Part shown: piece by piece, positions 13,309 through 22,942 of the stretch | Layout of the letters: each line of letters opens with the position of its first letter | Position numbering within the stretch: position 1 is the stretch's first letter | NCBI RefSeq assembly: GCF_963921235.1 | Contig: NC_086110.1 | Span: forward strand, 806,001 to 870,000 | DNA: 64,000 nt | Reading direction: 5' to 3' | Origin: Mobula hypostoma | Taxonomy: Eukaryota | Made by a program: the position numbers and the translations under genes | Notes under the pieces: generated by a model | The model's database searches: none | Told to the model about the DNA's origin: nothing | What the model saw: only the letters and a program-made list of their open reading frames with translations

Positions 13309-14203
13309 CTGCAAAAAGGGAAGGCTAGTCAGTTTAGAAAGAGGGACAACATTGCTTGAGGCTTCAGATATCAAAGATCAGAAACTATTAACCAAATATT
13401 CAAAATGTGCCAGACAGAAGTGAATGCTATTTTTTTCTGGTACAAATTGTGTCAGTGGTCAGACAATTTAATTACTAATTGCAGAGAATGAAATATTTCG
13501 ACATGTCAAGAGTGACAGAAGAAAAAAAGCAGGAAAGGGACGCAGGAAATAATAATCAGTCAAAATAATTTTCCACGATAGAGGGTAAATGTCGGGTTGT
13601 TTGTGTCCACTATTTGTTTAATTGCATTTATTTATAACTATATGTGGCTACATATCTATGTCGAGAGTCTGCCTTTCTGTCTCGCTTTGTTTCTATCTAT
13701 TTACCAATCTACCAAAGCAAAAACAGAACAGAACCTACCTGTCCTTCAGAATGCACTGCGTTGTCTTCCGAATCTCTTGTACATAATCATGATCATAATT
13801 CCAAATTATCCAATTAATTATTCGCTTTTCAGCATGAAATAATATTTCTGATGGGCAATATTTACATTAATATTTGAAGCAATATTGTAGTACGATATTT
13901 GCTGAATACTGCCATATGTTAAAAACAGAAATTGCTCTTCGATTTGTAATTATGGCGTCTAACATTACCCTCAGCATTTAGCACAGCGTATAATACCCCG
14001 GCCATGCCTCACTTCTCGCTCACTGCTCTCGACAGCATGACAAAATTAAAGGATGGTATTTATATACTGCATTAACTTCACGAACATTTTACTCAGTGTA
14101 GTAAAGGAAGAGGAAGTGGTTTTGACAAGTTTTTTCAACCGAGTATTCCTGGCAGAACACTTTATCTTATACGCTCTCCTTACACCCCCACCCCACCCCC
14201 TTT

Positions 14204-14255
14204 ATCTCTCTCTCTCTCTCTCTCTCTAACACACACACACACACACACACACACA
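14204..14255. repeat. Compound (CT)n(CA)n microsatellite
   Basis: Direct reading. Confidence 0.95.
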
Positions 14256-14309
14256 GACTAACATGCCATAACACGGCGCTGAATTTATGACTATAGGTTT
14301 CAAAATTCA

Positions 14310-14770
14310 GGATTCACGATTCAGGAACGTTTACTGTCATTTCCAGTACACACGTGTAATGGAAAACGGAACAATTGTTACTGTGGCTTCGATGCAGCAC
14401 AAAAAATGCAATAAGCTAAAGAACACTATAATAATATAACAACACCATAACTATAAGTTCATAAGATAGATTGATTGTATGTCGATAGAAAATCGCTTGG
14501 CACAGGACTGTCTGTACATAAGGTGACTAACAGGAAAACATAAAGGTTTCAAAGATTTCAAAGATATATTTAATGTCAGAGAAATATATGCAATATAGTT
14601 TGCAATAAAGTTCTGACGGTTGGAGGTTTGAAGAGGTGCATTAGTGGATGAAGGTGCCGGTCCGGTCTCGCTATTTGCAGAAAGCAACTGCTTTTGAAAA
14701 TGGTGGTGTTAACGTGGATGCTATGCAGACTCTTCCCCATGGCAGTGGGACAAACAATCCATAGGCCGAA
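14310..14770 (-). mobile_element. Old LINE/SINE 3' remnant (Rex1/Babar-like)
   Basis: tttactgtcatttccagtaca and ggaaagcaactgc...ctcttccccatggcag resemble the 3' ends of the other Rex1/Babar copies; heavily diverged. Confidence 0.4.
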
Positions 14771-15166
14771 TGGGTGAAATCCCTCATTATGTTACTGGCT
14801 CCTTACGGCACATTTCTGTAAATAATGTATATCCGGAACCACATGGTGTCAAAACTTGTTCAAATATATCCTGTTAACGAAGTGCCAGATGTAATACATT
14901 TATTCCGGATATATTCAAAGCAGCCAAAAGGGAAGTGATGAGACTGCACGGCAATATATATATATATATTTTTTTTTACCACGCAGGCCAATTATCTAAT
15001 GATATGTTCTGTATATTTTCCTTGCAATATGGGATGTAATCAAGGACTGTGCTAACCTTGCATCAACCTTGGCATTAATTTCATCTAACTTTAACCGAAG
15101 TGCACTTAGCTCACTGAAGAAAACCAAAGCTTGCAATTAACTTGTTATAATGTCATGATTCCTTAC

Positions 15167-15277
15167 CTCTGTATTTTCTTACAAACTTTTGTATTATGAT
15201 TCTTATAAGCAATAGAATGTACAATCCACCGCCAATCGACCGACAAATCTGAACATACCATTGTACATGGTGAATTT
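15167..15277 (-). CDS. Transmembrane exon of the IgSF receptor: EIHHVQWYVQICRSIGGGLYILLLIRIIIQKFVRKYR
   Basis: Acceptor tttccttgcag, donor G|gtaagg, 111 nt, phase 1-1; hydrophobic stretch with Arg and Cys followed by a basic stop-transfer KFVRKYR. Confidence 0.8.
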
Positions 15278-15439
15278 CTGCAAGGAAATGTAACGAATTA
15301 TTGTAGAACAACTTTAATGTGATTGAAAAGTATAATGTCACACTTCTGATCTTTTATTTGGGTATGTGCCTATACGGAAGTTGCTATTATGTCTACAGTT
15401 GTTAGATATTTTACTCGGCATTTCCTCAGACTAAATACC

Positions 15440-15710
15440 TGTTCCCCAGGATGAGGAGTTCCAAATCTCTGGTGCATCACTTTAGAACGATAGAAGGAAG
15501 ATTTAAAATCAAATCTGAATTACTTTTTTTTTTCACACGGAGGGTGGTAGATATATTGAATGATCTGTTAGAGTAGGTAGCTGAGGCAGGTAAAATAGGT
15601 ACACAGAGTGGATGGGACAGCGGGCAACAAAAACAGAAATTCGGAATTAGCTCAGTAATCGACATGGAATGGTTAGGCAGACGTCGTGCATCGGTAGTCT
15701 ATAGCCCTAT
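15440..15710 (+). mobile_element. Decayed CR1 3' fragment in intron
   Basis: ttttttcacacggagggtggtagatatattgaatgatctg matches the FFTQRVV..WN.L region. Confidence 0.65.
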
Positions 15711-15879
15711 GACTGTACAAATAGATTTTTGGTAGGTATCCTCGGGGCATTCATCTTAACCAAGATCATATCCAGTAATTAAATCAGCTTTGATTGCGGC
15801 ATTTGCATGAAAACATAGAGGAAAATGTGTAGCTTACGTCAAATTCAATCAGCGAGATCTGGCTGGACAACTCAAGTGG

Positions 15880-16078
15880 TGTCAAAACAGCATGTCCATA
15901 ACTTACTAACTTTCACAGCGCATCTATGAAATGTATGAGGAACAATATGACCCGGAGGAAACACACGCGGCCACGCGTCAAACGCGGAAACTCGTGACAG
16001 TGGCGGGAATTGATCTGTAGTATTACAGCTGGCGCTCTAAAAGTGTTACGCTTGCCGTAACGCTATCGTGACACCCCT
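15880..16078 (-). mobile_element. tRNA-derived SINE remnant (HE1-like)
   Basis: cccggaggaaacacacgcggccacg...aaactc...gacagtggcgggaattga...gctggcgct...gttacgct resembles the shark/ray HE1 SINE body, recalled from memory. Confidence 0.6.
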
Positions 16079-16294
16079 TTCAGTGCACCACAAATTTATT
16101 GTTTCGTCAAATTAAGATTTTAACTGATTTTGCCTCATCGCTTTCGAATTACAGCCATCCTTTCCAATACAGGCGCAAACATTTTTTAAGATTCTGCCTA
16201 TTACTAACAAGTAGTGCGTCAATGTGTTCCTAATATTCGAAAAAAAAAATTGTTTCAGGAACGTGGCTAATGGTTAATAGAATTCTATATTTAC

Positions 16295-16603
16295 CTCCTG
16301 TAGTCGTTGACATAAATTGGAACTCCTTTGCCGTTTTGATTGTAGGATGACTTGCCTGACAAGTGTAAATAGTCCCGCTCTTGACAGGTTGTACCTCGAC
16401 CAGAATGCTGGTAACTTCATAGAGACCATTTGCGTTTAGCACTTTTATTGTAGTTATACCGTTCCCGACGGTCAGACCATTCTTGCACCAAGTAATATTT
16501 ATCTCACCAGGGTAGAATTCAGGAGTTGTGCATGCAATTGCAAGGGCGATAGATCCATTCTGTTTGGTTTCATTGTAAGTAATTCGTAAGGGGGTCGGTG
16601 GAA
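16295..16603 (-). CDS. Ig C1-set exon of the IgSF receptor (copy A)
   Basis: Acceptor ttgttctgcag, donor G|gtaaat, 309 nt, phase 1-1. VPPTP...IACTTPEFYPGEINITWCKNG...NANGLYEVTSIL...IYTCQASH has the C1 hallmarks CxxxxFYPxxI, WxxNG, YxCxxxH. Confidence 0.93.
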
Positions 16604-17821
16604 CTGCAGAACAAGTTAAATGTTTATTCATAACAGTAATATTTAACCAAAATTGCATAAAATATTTAAATCTATTCTCGGTAAAAGCAAATTGGCATCA
16701 TATACATTTCATCAACTCTGCCACTAATAACATTACTTGGATTCCTGCTTAGTATCTGCGCAGGAAATAAATATTGTTTCCTGATGGGTGGTGAGAAAAT
16801 TGTAAATTAATCAGATTATTTCATTTTAATTTCGATGCCCTGAAATGCTCACATAGATAATAATGGTACCTGTAGGCGGGATCACAAACTTAAAAGAGTT
16901 GGTGGTTCGGATGCTGCAGGGTTATATCAAAGAAGCTGTAACATTGTTAAGAGTAAGGTGGAATTGCCAAATAGGAGGTTTAAGTAATGAAGTAAATGTT
17001 GGAAATGTCCGAGGAAGAATCAGTTTCGATACAATATTTGATGGCATTTGAAAAATGCAATTCTCAGCACGCAGCTAATGGTATTTGGGAGGTTGGGACT
17101 TCTTTTTTACGGTGTTGCATGTATGTTTCAGGAGCAAAATAAATATATGAAGAACGTAAAACTAAACGATGCCCGGCAGATAAGAAAGTCGTAGATTTTC
17201 AAGCACTAGAATGAAGCAGAAATTGTCGTCATTTGAATCCAACATCTAATGTGAGCTGCGAAAAAAAAATTACTCAACATTAACTACTTCAGTTGGTAAA
17301 ACGAAACACAAGCGTCGAACTGTCGGTTACACTGCTCTCTGAATAACCAAGAACACCGAATCATTTTTTGACGGTGTTTCTTTGGAATTTCTTTTAAAAG
17401 TTTGGTGTAAGACATGTTCATGATTTTATTACACCACCATTATTCCAGAAACGAAGAATCAAAAAAGTGAGTTCAAATTTAATTGACCTAAATATTCATG
17501 ATTCGCTTCAGAAGCAAATTTGAATGCGAATTACATTCAGTCATGTATTTAAAATAATCCATAGCGAACCCTATATTGCATTCCTAGCAATTTTGAATTC
17601 ACAATTCAGCTTCCAGCTCTCAGATCAAACACACTGCAGTTACAGAAGAGTGAAATAATAATAAAAAAAATATCCAGAAACACTACAAATGCCAGACAAC
17701 TTATGTGGGAAGAGAATCCAGACCTTTTTTTGTGCTTAAAATGTATGTCGTAATTAAAGCAGAAATCGAAGTGAATTTTCTTTACTTTATTTTGGTATCA
17801 ACTTTAATAACTTCTGCTTAC

Positions 17822-18142
17822 CATGGACCACGAGCTTTGACCCAGTTCCATTTATCAGTGGATTATCTCGACGTTTCAGCCCACAATAATATACTCCCGT
17901 GTCTGCGGCACTGACGTTCATGAGCTGAAAGGTAGCCTCCCCTTTACTCAAAGTAGGGACATATTTCCTGCTGTCCAACCAAGTCTGCAGGAAATTGTTT
18001 CCCCCTAGTTTCCACCAGAAAATATTTAGATCTGAGTTATCTTGGAGGAGTGGGAAAGCACAGTAGAAAGTCACGCTTCCACCAATGATCACGTTGGTGC
18101 TGACAGGAAGTTGCAAAACCTTGTTCGGTACTTCTGCAACGG
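17822..18142 (-). CDS. Ig V-set exon with germline-joined J-like strand (copy A); NKp30/antigen-receptor-like
   Basis: Acceptor tttaccacacag, donor G|gtaagc, 321 nt, phase 1-1. GGSVTFYC, IFWWK, ATFQLMNVSAADTGVYYC, INGTGSKLVV (GxG.KL.V). Confidence 0.93.
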
Positions 18143-18491
18143 CTGTGTGGTAAAGAATGGAAATTAATACATATAGCCGGAGATACACCGTATGTGAATG
18201 AACAATTTAATCTTCAAGCATAAGTACGTGAGAATAGAACTCTTATTTTTTGCACATCATAATATTAACTTATTTGCAAGTTACCGCGTGCTAACAGCCA
18301 AACCACCTATTTGTTTCTAATACTCATTTCAGATTCGTGCCGCTAATTGTATGGCGTCGAATGAAGTGATCGGCAATGAAAATAAATATTTCAAACATAG
18401 ACAATATTAAAGTGATTTTAAGTTTCCAGCGCTGGATAACTTTTCTGTTTACTTTTTGTCCACAAGAGAGATAGGAAAACATACACTTTAC

Positions 18492-18537
18492 CTGGATAAA
18501 TAATATTGAAGATCACTAATAACAATGGAAGATGCAT
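18492..18537 (-). CDS. Leader (signal peptide) exon copy A: MHLPLLLVIFNIIYP
   Basis: aaaATG start, 46 nt, donor G|gtaaag phase 1; joins the V exon to give MHLPLLLVIFNIIYPAVAEVPNK. Confidence 0.85.
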
Positions 18538-19003
18538 TTTTGAAACAGAACTGACAAAATTCGACGTCTTGACACAGCCGTCTGGAATGTTACGACGCAT
18601 GACGCTTAAAGTGTTTTCAACAGTGCGATTGAGTGGCGTGAGGTTAGCGTGAGCATAAAACCAATTGACTCCGGAGTCTTTCGTCCTACGTTTAAGGACG
18701 AAAAAACACACCTTAATAGCAGTTAGTGATACGATTAATGCAGCTTGGTAGTTTAGCCAACGAGAGTCCCTCTGACATTGCCATCATCAGAGGCAATCCA
18801 CAGTATGGTTTCATTCAACGTCATAAGTATTCTTATTTCGGTCGGAAGGGCAGGCATTTTGTCGTCAAACCTATAAGCACAGGGCATCAGATTTGCGACT
18901 TTAATCTGATAGGCTAGAATGGAGCAAAGGTCCGACGATCACTGCAGGATAAACCAAGATATTTTGAAATGATTAACAAAACATACGCTGATCAAGTTGA
19001 AAA

Positions 19004-19029
19004 CCGGAAGAGGAAAGTTGCTTTAAATA
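19004..19029. promoter_or_regulatory. Tandem ETS/PU.1-like sites (CCGGAAGAGGAAAG) ~470 bp upstream of leader A
   Basis: Motif visible; the paralogous site at ~29153-29166 reads CCAGAAGAGGAAAG. Function is inference. Confidence 0.35.
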
Positions 19030-19739
19030 GAGGTTTCGCATTCGGTGAGTTCCGTCCATTAGAGCCCACATAATAAGCATAAATGGTAAAAACATAACAA
19101 AAATACTCATAATAGATATCCATATTAGTTTAATGATGTGAGAGTAGCAATATCATCAATATATTTTGTTCCCTGTTGAATCTATATATTGGGTTGAAGT
19201 GTTGTTGTATCCTATGTTGCCTGTGCACAGACAATCTATTTCAGTGAATACTCAAGAAACTATCCGTAATTCATGCAAATAACTTTTAATCAACACAAGT
19301 CCTGTGGTTGATTTTGCTGTCGGATTTTCAGACCAGCAAATGTCGAGTCACGTATTTCTGTATCAGTTATTTCAACTCTCTTCAACTTCTGTGTATATTG
19401 TCAGCAAATATGTGAAAGCTTGCAAAGTATTAAATCATAGAGGGATCTGAATGCCGTTATACATTAATCACTAAAGGCTACTGGCTACGTGACGCAAGTA
19501 ATTAAAATGACAATGCAAGCTTTTAGCTTTTTGCTGGGCGGATTTTGTACAATGTTAGGGAAGTAATGTCTCAATTATAAGCAACATCTCTGGTGTCAGG
19601 TGCACGGAATACCTGTTTTTTTTTTAATCAAGTACGAGTTGAAATCGAGCCAGAGAAGGTTTAATGGACATACCTCATATGCCTAGCTGTGATACAAACG
19701 AAGTGCAACGTGTAGGAATGTGACCACAGAAATTTAAAG

Positions 19740-21400
19740 TCGTGAAAGGGAACTTGGAGGAAATATGTAAGATCATGCTGTATCATTTTACACAGGAGAC
19801 TGAGACAAAGTCTGTAGAAGTGAAGCAAAGTGGATCAACTTCGTGGGCCCCATGCCGATTACAAGGGAGGAGTTGCTTTCTATCCTGAGGCAAATCACGC
19901 TGGATAAGTTCTAGGGGCCTGACAAGGTGTTCCCTCTAACACTATGAGAGGTAAGTGCATACATTTTCAGGGCTCTAACAGAGATATTTAAATCATTCTT
20001 CGAGGCTCTGGAGGATTGGTGGATAACCCATGCAGTTCCACCGTATAAAAAGGTTGTAAACATGGGCCCGTCAGTCTGGCATCAGTTGTTGGAAAGATAC
20101 TGGAAGATATTCTAAGTCACAGGATATATAAAGATATGGTTAGACACGGGCAGATTAAGGATCTACATCATCTGGGAAAATTGACTGAAAGATGTCAGAT
20201 GTAATTTAACGCAGACAAATGTGAGAATTTTCACTTCGTTAGGATCAACCATGATAGGTCTTACACAGTGAAAATTAGGCGCTGGGGAGTGTGGTAGGAC
20301 AAATGGGTATGGGAATACAGGTACATAATTTGTTGACATGACAATACGAGTAGACAAGGCCGTAAAGAAAGTTTTTGGCACGTGAGCCTTCGTAAATCAA
20401 AGTATCGAGTACAGGAGGTTGGGAAATGTTGAGGTTGTATAATACATTGATATGGCCTAATTTGGAGTATTGTGTGCAGTTTTGGTCATTTACCTACAAG
20501 AAAAATAACTTTCTACAAGAGAAAAATTACAACGATATGGCCAGATCTGGAGCACCTGAGTTATATGGAAAGACTGAATAGTGTCACAACTACGGACTCG
20601 GCAGCGCAACAAATTCGGCCACTGCGCTCGTGAATATGCCCTTCAGATAATTATCATTTCATTATTGCGGTCTTTAACTCCGTGGTTTTTGCTGTAACGC
20701 TTGCCGAGACTTGAGCAAAGTACAGCAACGTTACGCTTCCGACTTGGATTTGGCCTGGCCCGATAAAGCGTACTATCGAGTGGACTGGGGCCGAAGAACA
20801 GCATACAAAAGTATCTGTTTTGTATTTAGATCTTCACTCAAGCTGTGGTGTTTAGTATCTAGTTTTCCGTTTGAGAGTTTTAGTCTACAGCCCTGTTTGG
20901 CCTAGTGTTTGTTTTCTTTTCCTTAAAATACTGCCCGCTTCAGTGTCCTTCTCCCTGCACTTGAGCCGTATCCAAACATAGTGACAGAATAGGTTCGGAC
21001 TGTCTTCCTGAGAAAGCGAAAAATTGAGAGGATATTTGATAAAGGTATACAAAATTACGCGGGCTAAAGACAAGGTAAATGGAAGCTGCCTTTTTCCACT
21101 GTGGCACTATAACCACAGGCCATTGGTTAAGAGTGAAAAGTAAAAGGTTTAAGGAGAACATGACGGGAAACGTCTTCACACAGCGGGTCGCTGGAGTGTG
21201 GAATGAGCTCTACGCACAAATGGTGCAGGTGAGCTCGAATTCAAAGTTTAGGAGAAATTTAGACTGGTAGATCGGTAGTGGGGGCCTGAAGAGCTATGGC
21301 CCTCTGCAGGACAATGGGAGTAGGCAATCTCAGCGGTTTCGGCATCGACAAGATGTGCCAAAGGGTCTGCTTCGGTGCTGTACTTCTCAATAGCTCTGAT
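19740..21400 (+). mobile_element. Old degraded CR1 (predates duplication; paralog ~33430-35480)
   Basis: Remnants of RPVSL, NADKCE, EYCVQFW, ERLNRLGL, VFTQRVAGVWNEL; present in both units. Confidence 0.8.
20582..20986. mobile_element. Solo LTR (405 bp), TGTCAC...GTGACA ends, 6-bp TSD GAATAG
   Basis: gaatag|tgtcac...gtgaca|gaatag; interrupts the CR1 ERLNRLGL codons. Confidence 0.85.
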
Positions 21401-22942
21401 TCTATCCTGACAGAGTGAAAACGGCAGATTAGGAGTGAAAATCTTTTTAAGAAGTTTTTTGCGTTGAACAAGGAACGGTGACCATATTTTTTTTTCTTTC
21501 CTTTCAAAGATCAAAGAATAGTACAGCACAGTACAGGCCCTTCAGCGCACAATGTTGTGACGACCCTTGAACCCTGCCGCCCATATAACACCTCCACGTT
21601 AAATTCCTCCATATACCTGTTTCGATTATACCTGATTTCGTTTTGAAATTATTGTTTTCTCAAAGGATGAAGGAAGGACAGCAAGTGAATATAGCTATTT
21701 TATTTTAAAGTAGATCGATTGTTAGAGATTCTAATTCCGAGTTAAGATTGGATTTATAACTTAATCACAATTACGAAACGAGCATCATCGCCTCGCCAAT
21801 CTGCTTTTCCAAGAAGAGGACCAGAACTTTGTCCTGGAAGCTCCCGTGCCTCAAAGATGCTAAAAGATATACAAGAAGAAGTCAAGGTTTTATGCTCCGG
21901 GTCTCAGCAAGATCAAGTATATCAAACATATCAAAAGGTAGATGGCAGACTAAGAATTGTCCGCCGATCCCTCTGATTCACCAACTCAGGGCTAACAAAC
22001 CTGGATGGGAAAAAAAAAAGAAACTGCTCTGAAAGCAGCAGTGAAGAATCATTGTAAATGGGTGTGTGACGGTATTCCTGAGTCTCCACCCAGGATTTGC
22101 ATGACTGACAGGAAACCGAGAAGAAGCTACTGTCAGGATGAAAATACTGTGAATGCCCCCCAGACATGGTGGACCCTCATTGCTACACTAAATGCCAACG
22201 ATGGATTGGCCAGACGAGGAAGATGATGGAGTCCAGTAAACATACAGTACGGACACCAGTCCACTGGATAATGCATGTCATTACATCAAATCTAGAACTG
22301 ATTTATATTCAATCAGTTCTATTCTCTTCACGTTGACATCCATTCTGCCAGATTCGAATAATCAATTACACACTGTTGTAATGTTAAAGTAGCCAAATAC
22401 CAAGCTTTTGGGATGTGAGTGAATATCGTAGCATCTAGTCTCTAGTTTAATGACACGAATACGAAGGCAAGGTATGCTTGCCAACTCACACAGTTACTGA
22501 ATGAAAGCACCGAACAGGCCCAGGCACCGTTGCATAGAACCGTTGGAACTGCAGAACAAGTTAAATATTTATTCATACCAGATATTTTTATCCAAAATTG
22601 CAGAATAATTTAAATCTTTCTTCGGTAAAAGCAAATTGACATTGTATACATTTCATCGACTGTGACATCAATAACATTACTGGACTTTCTGTTTACTATC
22701 TGCACAGGACATAAACATTGTTTGCCTATAGGTGGTGAGAAAATTATAAATTAATCACATTATTTCATTTTAATTTCGATGCCGTGAAATGCTCACATAG
22801 ATAATAATGGTACCTATAGGCGGGATCACAAACTTAAAAGAGTTGCTGGTTCCGATGCTGCAAGGTTACATCAAAGAAGCTGTAGCATTTTTAAGAGGAA
22901 GGCTTGGATTGCCAAATGGCAGGTTTAAGTAATGAAGTAAAT

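Larger units (their letters stand above)
16595..22537. repeat. Tandem segmental duplication, unit A (~5.9 kb)
   Basis: Colinear with 22538-40169 once unit-B insertions are removed: 16595-16995 vs 22540-22942, 16996-19290 vs 26709-31669, 19290-21700 vs 33011-35670, 21700-22537 vs 39330-40169. Confidence 0.92.

Noticed and set aside
17700-17830. Recombination signal sequences next to the V exons
   Set aside because: No CACAGTG-spacer-ACAAAAACC seen; V ends in a J-like strand and a splice donor, so it is not a rearranging segment.
17787-18188. ORF-track N-terminus MYLRLYVLISILYHT as the signal peptide (also the 27917-28369 ORF)
   Set aside because: The 18188 start is GTG and this stretch is the intron's polypyrimidine tract; a proper ATG leader exon with a donor exists at 18537-18492 (28676-28634 for copy B).
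21800-22270. Short ORFs duplicated at 39440-39900 as a possible exon
   Set aside because: Frames are not conserved between the two copies; looks like an old unclassified LINE fragment.
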